Below are positions 1-9,969 of a DNA stretch of 32,000 nucleotides, in pieces. This stretch comes from Mycobacterium leprae TN (GTDB taxonomy: Bacteria; Actinomycetota; Actinomycetes; Mycobacteriales; Mycobacteriaceae). Position numbers and translations under genes: made by a program. The stretch spans positions 3,236,204 through 3,268,203 of the forward strand of contig NC_002677.1 of assembly GCF_000195855.1 (NCBI RefSeq), written 5' to 3'. Position 1 is the first letter of the stretch, and the number at the start of each line of letters is the position of its first letter. Under the pieces are notes generated by a model that was not told where the DNA came from, ran no database searches, and saw only the letters and a list, made by a program, of their open reading frames with translations.

Positions 1-459
1 CCGCACCGCCAGCCGACCGTCATAGCGGGTCCGCGGTGTGCCGCTACTGTCGGTTTCGATCCAACTGGATTTGTACGGAAACTTACCTTGGCTCAACAAC
101 TCTGTGCCGTAGAGCGGCACTATGTCAGAATAGCACAACTCGTAATATGCGCGCTGGTTATCCCAATTGGGGACCCGCTGACCGCCCGGCCCCGTTCCGG
201 TGGTTTGCAAGCAGGCCGCCTTCGTTGACCAGCCGAGCGCCAAGAATACCAGCCCGATAAGAAACATCACCCGGAGCGGTGTCATCAGCCAACTACGGCC
301 GATCAGCGCATGGCAACCTACCGGTCCACCGATCGCATCTGCTAGGGCGGCGCCCAAATAGTCTGTGCGGCTGGGGCAATCACGGTTATCGGCGCTCTGG
401 CGATCAGCGGCCAACGGCCGCGGCGAGATAGTGGTACTGTGCGTCTGAGCGTTGATCAC
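1..459 (-). CDS. Partial Rv0051-like conserved integral membrane protein (N-terminal part; runs off the left edge)
   Basis: Reverse strand is open from a GTG at 459 (GTG overlaps the ponA1 TGA by 4 bp) to base 1. It reads ...PLAADRQSADNRDCPSRTDYLGAALADAIGGPVGCHALIGRSWLMTPLRVMFLIGLVFLALGWSTKAACLQTTGTGPGGQRVPNWDNQRAYYELCYSDIVPLYGTELLSQGKFPYKSSWIETDSSGTPRTRYDGRLAVR. Matches remembered Rv0051 and its position after ponA1. Confidence 0.85.
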   Translation of the reverse strand, partial: MINAQTHSTTISPRPLAADRQSADNRDCPSRTDYLGAALADAIGGPVGCHALIGRSWLMTPLRVMFLIGLVFLALGWSTKAACLQTTGTGPGGQRVPNWDNQRAYYELCYSDIVPLYGTELLSQGKFPYKSSWIETDSSGTPRTRYDGRLAVR

Positions 460-3071
460 GGTGGCGTTGTTGAAGTTGTTAGGTCGGGCAATGCCTGCGT
501 CGGCGGGACAGTGACCGTCGTGGGCGGGCCGACCGGTATGATTATGCCCGGCGCTACTTCAATAGTAGGCTGAATAACCTTCTTCAAAGGAGGCGGGGGT
601 GCCAGTGTCGGCACACCAGCGTAGCCACCTACCTCAGTCGGCTTGGGGAAGCCCTCGTTAGGGGTACCCTCCAGAGCGCCATCCATCGTCGACTTCCAGA
701 TGTCCGACGGCAGGCCGGAGCCGTAAATCGCTTCTCCTGAAGCGGTTATCAGCGGCACATTGTCTTTGACGGTACCAACCCACACCGCCGTCGACAGCGA
801 AGGTGTGTAACCGACCATCCAAGCATCCTTGTTAGCGGTGGTATCGCCCAGCTGCACCGTGCCTGTTTTGGCTGCCGACGGCCGCCCGCCAGCTAAGTTA
901 TGGCCACGCGAATAACCGGCAATCGGCTGCATCGCCGCAGTAACGTTATCGGCGACAGCTTTGGCGATGCGTTGGTCGCCGCTGTTGTCCGCAGTGCTGG
1001 CGTCGAAAAGTACCCGGCCCTCAGCATTAACGACTTTTTGCACCAAGTGCGGTCGGTGGTAGACGCCGGACGCAGCCAACGTGGCGTATGCCGATGCCAT
1101 ATCGATCACGCGGGTTTCGTACTGGCCCAGAACGATTCCGTTGTTGGGCGGTCCTCCTTTACCATCCTCTGACAGGGTGTGCGCTACACCAGGGAAGCTG
1201 CTCACGATACCAGCTTGGTGCGCGGCGTCCGCAACAGCCTGCGGTCCATTCTTAAGTTTGAGCATCAGACGGTAATAGGAGGTGTTCAACGAGAGCTTGA
1301 GCGCCTCAGCGATATTGCAATTTCCACAACTCTCGTCTCCATTGTTGGTGATCTTAATACCATCGACAGTAAGCGGGGAGCTGTCGACCCGATAGCCCAG
1401 ACCGATACCTTGCTCGAGCGCGGCGATGAGCGCAAATACCTTGAAAGAAGAGCCGGTTTGCAGCCCAGCCTGGGCAAAGTCAAAACCGTTGGCGTCAGCA
1501 CCGCCATAGTAGGCGCGTATCGCACCGTTATGTGGATCGATCGAAACGATGGCAGCACGCATGTCGGGATCCTGCCCGTCAAGGTATTTCGATACCGCCT
1601 TCTCAACTATCCGTTGAGCCTGCGGATCGATGGTGGTAATGACTTGCAGCCCCTGGGTGTTCAAGGTTTGCCGATCGATGTTGAATAGTTCGAACAGCTC
1701 TTTGACCACCTGACGCTCGATGAGTCCATTGGGTCCGGTGGTCTGATTCTGCGCACGAGCCTGGTCAGGCGGCACGGTAGCGGGAAACAGCTGTACCGAG
1801 CGGTCATTCGGCGACAGAGCATTGATGTCCACCATGCCGTCCAGCACCCAGTTCCAACGGGCCGTAACACCCTTGAGATTGATAGCCGGGTCTAGGACCG
1901 ACGGCCGCCGAATTAGCGCCGCCAACAGTGCCCCCTCGGAGCAGGTGAGCTGCTCCACGGGTTTGTCAAAATAGGCCTTGGCCGCAGCTGAAATTCCGTA
2001 GGCTCCCCTACCGAAGTATATTATATTCAAATAAGATTGTAGCACATCGTCTTTAGACCATGCGTCCGACATTTTGATGGCGATGACCAATTCCTTTGTC
2101 TTGCGCATTAAACCGTCAAACCCGTGTTGTGCAGAACCGACTAACGCATTCTTCACATACTGCTGGGTGATAGTTGACCCGCCCTGCAGATCGCCGCTAC
2201 CGAAGAGGTTGTTTTGCACCGCTCGCACAGAGGCTCTGAAGTCAAACCCCGGGTTTGAATAGAAGTTGCGATCCTCTGCAGCAATAACCGCCTGGCGTAC
2301 ATGCACCGGTACTTGGCTGAGGTTGACATCGACCCGGTTACCTTCGGGTGGAACAATTTTGGCGATCTCCAAGCCATTGTTGGCCAGGATCGTCGAGACC
2401 TGGTTAGTACGAATGTCACCTGGCCTGGGAACTTTCACCATGAAGTAGGTCATGGTGAAAGTGACGATCGGTAACAACAACAACACCACCACAGCGAGAT
2501 ACAATGAATACCGCACCCAGCGCCAGTTCACCTGCCGGTTGAGGTGTAGGAGCCATGTCCGATTTAACCGCGATCCAGGCACCCTCCAACCAGGCCCAGT
2601 AGCGCGGCCGGGCTGCTTGGGTGACGGTGGATCGCTCGGCAAACGGCGTCGCCTGCCACCGCCCACGGTCGCTGCCGACCGGCCGTCCAGCTTGGCTGTG
2701 ACCTCCTTAATAGGGTTGCGCCGCGAGGACATGGACGTCGGGAGTGCCGAGCGGAAGGGCATAGCAGGTGGGGGACCGTCCAAGGCGGCCTTGACGGCTT
2801 CGAGGGGGTCCACCCGCCCAGCCGATCGCTCGTCGGTGGCGGACGGGATGATTGCCGTCATCCGGTCATCGAGTGGAACCTGACGACGCTGACCCGGCTG
2901 ATCAGAACTTGGACGCTCACCCACCCGCTCAGTCGCTGGCCCGCTCACATTCCTAGGCGACTGATCGCGGTGGCCGTCGTTATTCAATGGCCATGCGGGC
3001 ACCATTGCACGCCGTCCGGGTGACCGGGGTACCTCTGGGCGGCGGTGCTGACCGTGCCGCACCAAGCACAT
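456..3071 (-). CDS. ponA1: Bifunctional class A penicillin-binding protein (transglycosylase/transpeptidase), PonA1
   Basis: ORF of 871 aa with TM segment YSLYLAVVVLLLLPIVTFTM, transglycosylase motifs AAEDRNFYSNPGFDF and GGSTITQQYVKNAL, transpeptidase TGSSFK and KTGT-type motif AAKTGT, and a Pro-rich C-terminus. The exact start is uncertain; the start may lie at an internal Met such as MTAIIPS. Confidence 0.95.
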   Translation of the reverse strand: MCLVRHGQHRRPEVPRSPGRRAMVPAWPLNNDGHRDQSPRNVSGPATERVGERPSSDQPGQRRQVPLDDRMTAIIPSATDERSAGRVDPLEAVKAALDGPPPAMPFRSALPTSMSSRRNPIKEVTAKLDGRSAATVGGGRRRRLPSDPPSPKQPGRATGPGWRVPGSRLNRTWLLHLNRQVNWRWVRYSLYLAVVVLLLLPIVTFTMTYFMVKVPRPGDIRTNQVSTILANNGLEIAKIVPPEGNRVDVNLSQVPVHVRQAVIAAEDRNFYSNPGFDFRASVRAVQNNLFGSGDLQGGSTITQQYVKNALVGSAQHGFDGLMRKTKELVIAIKMSDAWSKDDVLQSYLNIIYFGRGAYGISAAAKAYFDKPVEQLTCSEGALLAALIRRPSVLDPAINLKGVTARWNWVLDGMVDINALSPNDRSVQLFPATVPPDQARAQNQTTGPNGLIERQVVKELFELFNIDRQTLNTQGLQVITTIDPQAQRIVEKAVSKYLDGQDPDMRAAIVSIDPHNGAIRAYYGGADANGFDFAQAGLQTGSSFKVFALIAALEQGIGLGYRVDSSPLTVDGIKITNNGDESCGNCNIAEALKLSLNTSYYRLMLKLKNGPQAVADAAHQAGIVSSFPGVAHTLSEDGKGGPPNNGIVLGQYETRVIDMASAYATLAASGVYHRPHLVQKVVNAEGRVLFDASTADNSGDQRIAKAVADNVTAAMQPIAGYSRGHNLAGGRPSAAKTGTVQLGDTTANKDAWMVGYTPSLSTAVWVGTVKDNVPLITASGEAIYGSGLPSDIWKSTMDGALEGTPNEGFPKPTEVGGYAGVPTLAPPPPLKKVIQPTIEVAPGIIIPVGPPTTVTVPPTQALPDLTTSTTPP

Positions 3072-3414
3072 ATGACCTGACCAAGTAATTCCAGCTACAT
3101 GTGCGGCATACCTCCACCACGTAGACCGCGAACTCCTCGTAACGTGTAGCCAGCAAGACTAACTCCTCGGCGGTGCGCGCCGAACCGGAAATCGCACCCA
3201 ATTGATTGCCGAACACCCACGACACAAGTGTGAGCTGTTCCTTTCGGCAGATCGGGCACATCACCTGGCTCGGTTTCCCGTGAAATTTGGCCGCGCGGAG
3301 CAAATAGGGGTTTGCATCACACACTTCGGACACACCGGTACGCCCCGAGTACACTTCGGCCAGCAGAAAACGCCGACGAAGAGAATAGTTTACCACCTGA
3401 CGCTGCAGTCGCAC
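2980..3414 (-). CDS. Conserved hypothetical protein, Rv0049-like (DUF5318 type) with CPIC/CRTC cysteine pairs
   Basis: 144-aa ORF MRLQRQVVNYSLRRRFLLAEVYSGRTGVSEVCDANPYLLRAAKFHGKPSQVMCPICRKEQLTLVSWVF..., syntenic next to ponA1; overlaps the long 5' version of the ponA1 ORF. Confidence 0.85.
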   Translation of the reverse strand: MRLQRQVVNYSLRRRFLLAEVYSGRTGVSEVCDANPYLLRAAKFHGKPSQVMCPICRKEQLTLVSWVFGNQLGAISGSARTAEELVLLATRYEEFAVYVVEVCRTCSWNYLVRSYVLGAARSAPPPRGTPVTRTACNGARMAIE

Positions 3415-3499
3415 GGTAACCAGAGTACGTGCCCAACCGCATCACCGAAACGCAAACCCGACGCCGCTACCCACCCGTTTCTAGACCTAAGTCGCGGGT

Positions 3500-4560
3500 A
3501 CTTTGTCATCTACCTTGGTTGCTGAACTTCATACCATCAACCCCATCACCAGATGGCTTAAAAGCCTGCCTTATATGGCGGCATACACAGGGCAAGCACG
3601 ACCCGAACTAAAAACTAAAGACAGCGACCGCTAGGATACCCGTAAGATCCTTGTAACACCCTAACGATGGCGAGCTCTCCACGGAAGAACACCGGGATCG
3701 GGGTCTTTACCGCCACCAAACGTTCCTAACATTAGGGGTGATCTGCGCCCCGTAGTAGCCTAATCTCCAGGCCAACAGCGCCTTGTTCCACCCGACGCCT
3801 TACCGAATACACCGCCCACATCACTGTCCTCAGTCGCCTAAGGCGCGCGAGTGGGCCATCCTTGGGGCCGTCCCTTCGTGGTGTCAGTGCTGCTGGGCAT
3901 CGGCTGGGAGCTGATACGATCAGGTCAAATCGCTGCTGGACTTCACCACCAATCCTGGAGCTAAGCCAGACGGGGTCACATCCATGGTACTGACCCCGTT
4001 GAGACAACTTCAATTTCAATCGCTCGGCGAGCTCACCGTCCTGATCCTGATGGAGTAAATCTGCACAAAAGACTTGGCTAACACCATAGGCTTCCGGCTT
4101 GGTGATCGACCCGGATTACGCAGCGCTCAATCGCACCGATCTGGCCAACAACAACCGTACGCTGAATTAAAACCTACCGCGGTAGTATGGGCTCGATAGT
4201 CTAGTGTTGTGTTAGAGCGATCCAGCCAGCGACGCCAAAAGCAACAGTTAATAGGTGCATGCCAGTTTAACTCATGTAAATTGACCCAAAAACGACCGCG
4301 AGTATCTTACTGAGGTGCTCCTGAACCCTTCAGGTATCAAACGATCCGACGTCAAAACCAGGTACCTGGTCGTCGATCTCACCACACCCGGGATGCTGTC
4401 ACACTGGATGTCTCCAGCGTTACAGCGCCGCTACCTCGTTTTCACCGGTGACAGCACTGCCAAGCAGGTGAATTACCCCTCGTAGCGACAACATACACTG
4501 GGCGTATATTGTCGTAATATATATCGAGACGATACAATGTTGGGAGGCGTTGGAGCGTAG
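3500..4560 (+). pseudogene. Probable decayed Rv0048c-like locus (assigned by position only)
   Basis: About 1.1 kb without a convincing ORF, between Rv0049-like and Rv0047c-like genes, where Mtb has Rv0048c. No clear residual homology recognised by eye. Confidence 0.3.
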
Positions 4561-4594
4561 TAAGTAGCGTCACACATAGCCACAGGGGGACTCA

Positions 4595-5137
4595 ATGCTG
4601 GAACTCGCCATCCTGGGTCTTCTTATCGAGTCGCCGATGCACGGCTACGAATTACGGAAACGGCTAACCGGGTTACTCGGTGCATTCCGGGCATTTTCGT
4701 ATGGCTCGCTTTACCCTGCTCTGCGTCGAATGCAAGCTGACAGGCTAATCACCGGGCACGTCGCACCGGCCGGGACTCCGGTGCGACGTGCCCGGCAGGT
4801 ATACCAACTGACAGACGCAGGCCGCCGGCGCTTCAGCGAGCTGGTAACTGACACCGGGCCGGACAATTACACCGACAACGGTTTCGGGGTGCACTTAGCG
4901 TTTTTCAACCGCACACCAGCGGAAGCCCGGATGCGCATCTTGGAAGGCCGTCGCCGTCGGGTCGAAGAACGCCGCGAAGGTTTACGCGAGGCAGTAACGC
5001 GAGCCAGCAATTCGTTCGACCGTTATACCCGCCAACTACATCAACTCGGGCTCGAGTCCAGCGAACGCGAAGTCAAGTGGCTCAACGAACTGATTGCCGC
5101 TGAACGGGCACTACTCGGCCGTGTCGAGCAGACGTAA
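4595..5137 (+). CDS. PadR-family transcriptional regulator (Rv0047c-like)
   Basis: 180-aa [57 protein letters not shown]...: canonical PadR winged HTH (GLL...MHGYEL; GSLYPAL). Confidence 0.93.
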   Translation: MLELAILGLLIESPMHGYELRKRLTGLLGAFRAFSYGSLYPALRRMQADRLITGHVAPAGTPVRRARQVYQLTDAGRRRFSELVTDTGPDNYTDNGFGVHLAFFNRTPAEARMRILEGRRRRVEERREGLREAVTRASNSFDRYTRQLHQLGLESSEREVKWLNELIAAERALLGRVEQT

Positions 5138-5217
5138 ACCGCTGTACCACCCCGAACACTAACCGAGCAACACTCAAAATCATCCCGAAACACTTGATGA
5201 GGTTAGGAGAACGCCCT

Positions 5218-6327
5218 ATGAGTGAGCACAACCCAGCAGGGGCGCCAGGGGCGTCGACTGAGGTAAGAGTAGCCATTGTCGGCGTGGGCAACTGCGCGTC
5301 CTCGCTAGTTCAAGGTATCGAGTACTACCAGAACGCTGACGACACATCGACAGTGCCCGGTCTTATGCACGTGCGGTTCGGACCCTACCATGTGCGTGAT
5401 GTTAAATTCGTGGCGGCCTTCGACGTAGACGCCAAGAAGGTCGGCGTAGACTTGTCGGACGCGATCTTCACCTCAGAGAACAACACCATCAAGATCGCCG
5501 ACGTGCCACCCACCAATGTGGTGGTGCAGCGCGGCCCAACACTGGACGGCATCGGCAAGTACTACACCGACACCATTGAGCTGTCAGACGTTCCACCCGT
5601 CGACGTAGTCCAGGCACTAACAGAAGCCAAGACAGACGTGCTGGTGTCCTACCTGCCGGTGGGTTCCGAAGAAGCCGACAAGTTCTATGCCCAGTGCGCC
5701 ATCAACGCCCGCGTAGCGTTCGTGAACGCGCTGCCGGTGTTCATCGCCTCCGACCCAGTGTGGGCCAAAAAATTCGCCGACGCCAGGGTACCGATCGTAG
5801 GTGATGACATTAAGAGCCAGGTCGGCGCAACCATCACTCACCGGGTGATGGCCAAGCTGTTTGAGGACCGCGGGGTGCAGCTGGACCGCACCATGCAACT
5901 CAACGTGGGCGGCAACATGGACTTCCTGAATATGCTCGAGCGCGAACGGGTGCAATCCAAGAAGATCTCCAAGACCCAGGCCGTAACGTCGAACGTGCAT
6001 CGGGAATTCAATACCAAAGACATCCACATCGGTCCGTCAGACCACGTCGGCTGGCTCGATGACCGCAAATGGGCCTACGTCCGACTGGAAGGCCGTGGTT
6101 TCGGCGATGTGCCGCTGAACCTCGAATACAAGCTCGAGGTATGGGACTCACCGAACTCAGCGGGCGTCATCATCGACGCGGTACGGGCAGCAAAGATAGC
6201 CAAGGACCGAGGGATCGGTGGACCAGTGATCCCGGCTTCATCCTACCTGATGAAAAGCCCGCCGCAACAGCTACCCGACGAGATCGCGCGTGCCCAGCTC
6301 GAAGAGTTCATCATCGACACCAAATAA
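5218..6327 (+). CDS. ino1: Inositol-1-phosphate synthase
   Basis: [37 protein letters not shown]... with [26 protein letters not shown] and [21 protein letters not shown] motifs. ATG at 5218 with upstream AGGAGA. The track ORF start at 5194 is further upstream. Confidence 0.96.
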   Translation: MSEHNPAGAPGASTEVRVAIVGVGNCASSLVQGIEYYQNADDTSTVPGLMHVRFGPYHVRDVKFVAAFDVDAKKVGVDLSDAIFTSENNTIKIADVPPTNVVVQRGPTLDGIGKYYTDTIELSDVPPVDVVQALTEAKTDVLVSYLPVGSEEADKFYAQCAINARVAFVNALPVFIASDPVWAKKFADARVPIVGDDIKSQVGATITHRVMAKLFEDRGVQLDRTMQLNVGGNMDFLNMLERERVQSKKISKTQAVTSNVHREFNTKDIHIGPSDHVGWLDDRKWAYVRLEGRGFGDVPLNLEYKLEVWDSPNSAGVIIDAVRAAKIAKDRGIGGPVIPASSYLMKSPPQQLPDEIARAQLEEFIIDTK

Positions 6328-6491
6328 CGGTTCCGCATTCACCGGCAACCCTGAGCGCCCGAGGAGCGCCAGCGACGTGATGTCAGAAATCGTGACCGGC
6401 CTGTCTGAGTTCTCACTGTTATCCAAGAATGCTGAGCAAGACGCCAGTAATGTATCTGCTGCCATCACACAACGAGTCAACGCGGACACGG

Positions 6492-6529
6492 CCGCCGGTG
6501 GAATCAGAACCCGCCGGTGGAATCAGAAC
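6492..6529 (+). repeat. Perfect 19-bp tandem duplication (CCGCCGGTGGAATCAGAAC x2)
   Basis: 6492-6510 and 6511-6529 are identical and abut. Confidence 0.97.
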
Positions 6530-6611
6530 ATTGCATAAGAGTACGCATACCCCCTGTTTATCGTCTTTTTGCACAGCAAAGTAACAGACGCACTCACACC
6601 TGCGACACCGC

Positions 6612-6645
6612 ACTCGCCAGTGTCGGTGCACCGACACTGGCGAGT
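6612..6645. repeat. Perfect 34-bp palindrome
   Basis: ACTCGCCAGTGTCGGTGCACCGACACTGGCGAGT equals its own reverse complement. Confidence 0.97.
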
Positions 6646-7386
6646 CACATTCCCGGATACGGCGACTCCACCTGGCGTGCGGACGGCGATCACTCGCCGC
6701 GCAGCACCGCCACCTTGGCGCTGGTGCTGCGCAGCACTCGCATCGACCATCGACTGCCGAACTTGTTGTCAGCATGTCGCTGGGCAGGTCGACTGCGATA
6801 TGGTTAGCATACGGCGGCGTTCGATCTAGTGAGTCAATTCATCCTCGTGGACATCACCCCTTCAGCGTTTCCGAGACACGCTAAAGCCAACACCGACCAG
6901 CACGGAACGGTAGCGCCGACGCACGGCCAGCACGAGTTTCCTAGCTTTTTAGGTCATGCCGGATCTAATGATTGCCACAGCGTTACACCGCGAGGTGAAA
7001 ATGTTACGTCCCGGCGTTTTCCACAACTCCCATCCACTTGACAAAGGAAACTGGGCATGATATAAATTATGTTATTCCGTGTCACTGCCCTATGGACAAT
7101 GTCCAGGTGTTGTCTGGGGTCGACACACTGATGTGTGTGGCTATGCATCGGGCTTCGCCAACGGCCAAGACACAGCAGAATCCGGCCGGAACGCCAAATA
7201 ATTCCGAGGTGTCCGGGTCGTCGAAAACTCAGGGCACTCGGTGCACAGCGACCAGCCTGACGCACTGATCTAGATCGTTCGCAAAATTCTCGGCGCATAA
7301 CTACAACAACTGCGCCACCCCATTAGCATTGGTGTGCAGCTACAGTCTCAGCACGCCCCGCACTACCGTAATATCTCGTAATATCT

Positions 7387-7430
7387 GCAACGCAGTTCGC
7401 CGATGCGAAAACATCGGCGAACTGCGTTGC
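7387..7430. repeat. Perfect inverted repeat, 19-bp arms, 6-nt loop
   Basis: GCAACGCAGTTCGCCGATG-cgaaaa-CATCGGCGAACTGCGTTGC. Confidence 0.97.
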
Positions 7431-8125
7431 TTTCTACCTGGGATCACTTCTTCCCACTCTACAGAAATCTCAACGCCTCCCACTTCGAATGCTGGACCAG
7501 CCTAGCAGCCTGGCCCGAACAGACGTCACGTACCGAAATCGACACCCTAGTGACGTGCAATTCCTACCGTAATCCGGAGCTGTTGGCCGACATAGTACGT
7601 ACCGTCGACCACATTTCTGGCGGCCGGCTCATTTTGGGAATTGGGTCGAGCTGGAAAGACAAGGACTACACTCGAATACGGCTGCAAGTTCGGCACCACT
7701 AGCAACCGCCTCGACGACGTGACCGCCGCGTTACCCTGGATCAAAGCACGGCGAGGAAAGCTGAATCCAGCACCGATCCGCAGCATCCCGGTGCTGATCG
7801 GTGGCACAGACCCGGGCAAGATCCTGAGCCTGGTCGCCGAGCACGCCAATATTCGGCACGGGTTCACCACCGGCCACGACCTACCTGGAAACCGCGGCTG
7901 TCCTGGAAGACCATTGCGCCGCCATAGACTGGAATCCAGCCACCATCGAACTTTTTCCGCCATGGTGGAAAACATCAACGGTGTGCGTTGCACTGAAAGC
8001 AGCAGCGAGCTGATCGACAGCGCTAAGGGCCTAATCGCCGTTGGCGTGACGCTACGGACGGTCGGTTCAACAGCCCAGATTACGATCTCACCGCCACCGA
8101 GACGCTGTGCCACTGGCGCGATAGC
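7403..8125 (+). pseudogene. Decayed LLM/F420-dependent luciferase-like oxidoreductase (Rv0044c-like)
   Basis: Frame 1: [77 protein letters not shown]. Then frameshift to [43 protein letters not shown]...LVAEHANI. A later frame gives NSPDYDLTATETLCHWRD. At least three frames are needed. 5' limit approximate. Confidence 0.88.
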
Positions 8126-8259
8126 CGGCGAGATCGAGTCCGTTTCATCCGCCAAATGCAGAATAAAGGTGCCAACTCATGAGAAAACTGTCAACGCTAA
8201 CAGCCGCGTGGGAATCGCCGTATGGTGCCTCAAAAGGAGGCGCTAAACGCTAAAGAAAT

Positions 8260-8442
8260 ATGGAGGGCAAAAAAGAGAGAAACCGGGTTGTTACGCACAT
8301 TCTCAACCTGGCACTGACCGATCAGCTCCGCGGTGGCGACCGAGTGAACCGCAACGGAGTTACACAAACTGGGGCAAACAACACCCCTATCCAAGGGGCA
8401 CTGGCCCAACTCAAACACCGACGGCCATCGTCACGAAGCTAA
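8260..8442 (+). pseudogene. GntR-type regulator N-terminal remnant
   Basis: MEGKKERNRVVTHILNLALTDQLRGGDRVNRNGVTQTGANNTPIQGALAQLKHRR resembles a GntR HTH (...I..G.L..GD.VNE..L....GVSRTPIREAL..L...G). No effector domain follows. Confidence 0.45.
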
Positions 8443-8529
8443 GTTCGGCGCGCACCGACACATTGGGACTCGGCGCGTAAGACGTGCTGGACACCGTAAA
8501 CCCTGTCCGACACCCCACCGAACATCTGC

Positions 8530-9935
8530 ATCAATTACCGGCCAACTCAGCAGCTTCGACAACCTGTTACACGCCATCACCGGCAAACTGGTCCTACACA
8601 TACACTTTGTCGGCACCAACGACTTCTCCGGGCTGCTCGCCCAGGTAGCGTTCCGGCGTCGATCAAAGCCACCCAGACGTGACAGCACGCGGTGAACTTT
8701 ACCAACCCCGAGCTAATATTGACTCGTGGTGCCTTCGGCTCAACGTATTACCAAATTCAGCGACTTCGTCGCCGGACAACGTATCGGCGTTGTCCGGAAC
8801 ACCGGCGAGGAGTCATACATCAGCGAGACACTGCTACTGCGACTAGTTAAAGTATTCACGTATAACGAGTGAAGTACTCTCGCTTCGCGACCGTGTACCC
8901 GCGAGTATCAAGAAGCTGATAGGTCGACGGCTGGATAACGTCAGCCACAGAAGCAATGATCATGTTCAATCGGGTGACCCGGCGATGATCGTGGCTAACA
9001 CCTTCAGCCCAGGCGATTTCGTGGCCTATGCAGTGATCAAAGAAAACCACTGCTAGTCGATGCGCTCACTTCCGGTCTGGACGCCGTCATCACCGACGGG
9101 ACTTGGGCGAACCTGTATACTCAGTGGATATCCCGTTCCGTGCCGCCAGGCCGGAAGACCGAGCCTAAGGTTGTCGCGTCGCCGAGGCTGACCGACTTCA
9201 CTGTGATCGCCGCGAATCCCAACGCAAGCAGATGAGTCAGGACGCGCCGAAACCTGCTCTGGCGCAATTTCTTAACTCCTGTCTTCGACAGGGGTGTCTC
9301 CCGGCAAGACATTTCTACCTTGCCCACCACCGGGCTGCCCAATACGTTGATCCTGCCCGAAAGCGCCAACATCATCTGGCTGCTCCTTGGCACGACGCTG
9401 GCAGTCGACTGGATTGCCCACTCACGCTGGCTGCGTTGGCTGACGCAAATCTATATTGATGTCTTTCGCGGCCTTCTTGAAGAAGTGATCATCATCAGAC
9501 TGGGCATTGGTCCGCTGGTAAGCAGGCTGACAAATAACAACACCTACCCTTTCGGTATTGCCGCATTAGAGGCCATGGCCGCCGCCCACATCAGCGAAAT
9601 TCTGCGCTCGGATTTAGCTACTCTTTCACGATGCGAGTAGTGATGATACCGTAGAGGATACAACAGGTGCTGCCGGCATTGACCAATCAGTTCATCACGC
9701 TGTTGAAGGCCTCCTCAGAGGTGTACTTTCTGGGCTTGATCGCCCGGCCGCGAGAGCTGTTGCAGGGAGACACGACATCAGGTGCGCAAACCAGAAGCTT
9801 GTCAGCACTGGTAACATCCGATCCCTTCTACCTAATATTGGCTTCGCCGTTAACGCATTTGGTATCACATCGACGCTCGACTCCACCTCAGCCGCGATAC
9901 AGTTCAGCCACAAGAGACCACTGACGTGGTCGTTT
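8530..9935 (+). pseudogene. Decayed polar amino-acid ABC transporter, substrate-binding region plus permease region
   Basis: Substrate-binding-like pieces: ITGKLVLHIHFVGTNDFSGLLAQV; NFTNPELIL; VVPSAQRITKFSDFVAGQRIGVVRNTGEESYISETLL; LDAVITDGTWANLYTQ-type segment. Permease pieces: TTGLPNTLILPESANIIWLLLGTTLAVDWIAHSRWLRWLTQIYIDVFRGLLEEVIII and, after a frameshift, LGFSYSFTMRVVMIP*RIQQVLPALTNQFITLLKASSEVYFLGLIARPRELLQ...FYLILASPLTHLV. Confidence 0.8.
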
Positions 9936-9969
9936 CGACGTTAGGCCAGAAGGCGACAGACACCGCACA

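Larger units (their letters stand above)
6380..7273 (+). pseudogene. Decayed alpha/beta-hydrolase gene (Rv0045c-like)
   Basis: Fragments in different frames are collinear with Rv0045c: MSEIVTGLSEFSLLSKNAEQ; (T)CDTALASVGAPTLASHIPGYGDSTWRADGDHSP; LVDITPSAFPRHAKANTDQHGTVAPTHGQHEFPSF; HSVHSDQPDALI*. A 19-bp tandem duplication at 6492-6529 shifts the frame. Confidence 0.85.

Noticed and set aside
5617-6068. Antisense ORFs (136 aa and 76 aa, minus strand) inside ino1
   Set aside because: Mirror-frame artefacts of high-GC coding sequence; no recognisable domain, and ino1 on the plus strand is unambiguous.
7119-7138. Short repeat ACACACTGATGTGTGT as a regulatory hairpin
   Set aside because: Only 6-bp low-complexity arms, expected by chance at this scale, in a pseudogene tail.
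9121-9459. ORFs 9121-9393 (-) and 9232-9459 (+) as possible new small genes
   Set aside because: They sit on the decayed ABC transporter locus; the meaningful homology is in another frame (9320-9640), so these are by-products of decay.
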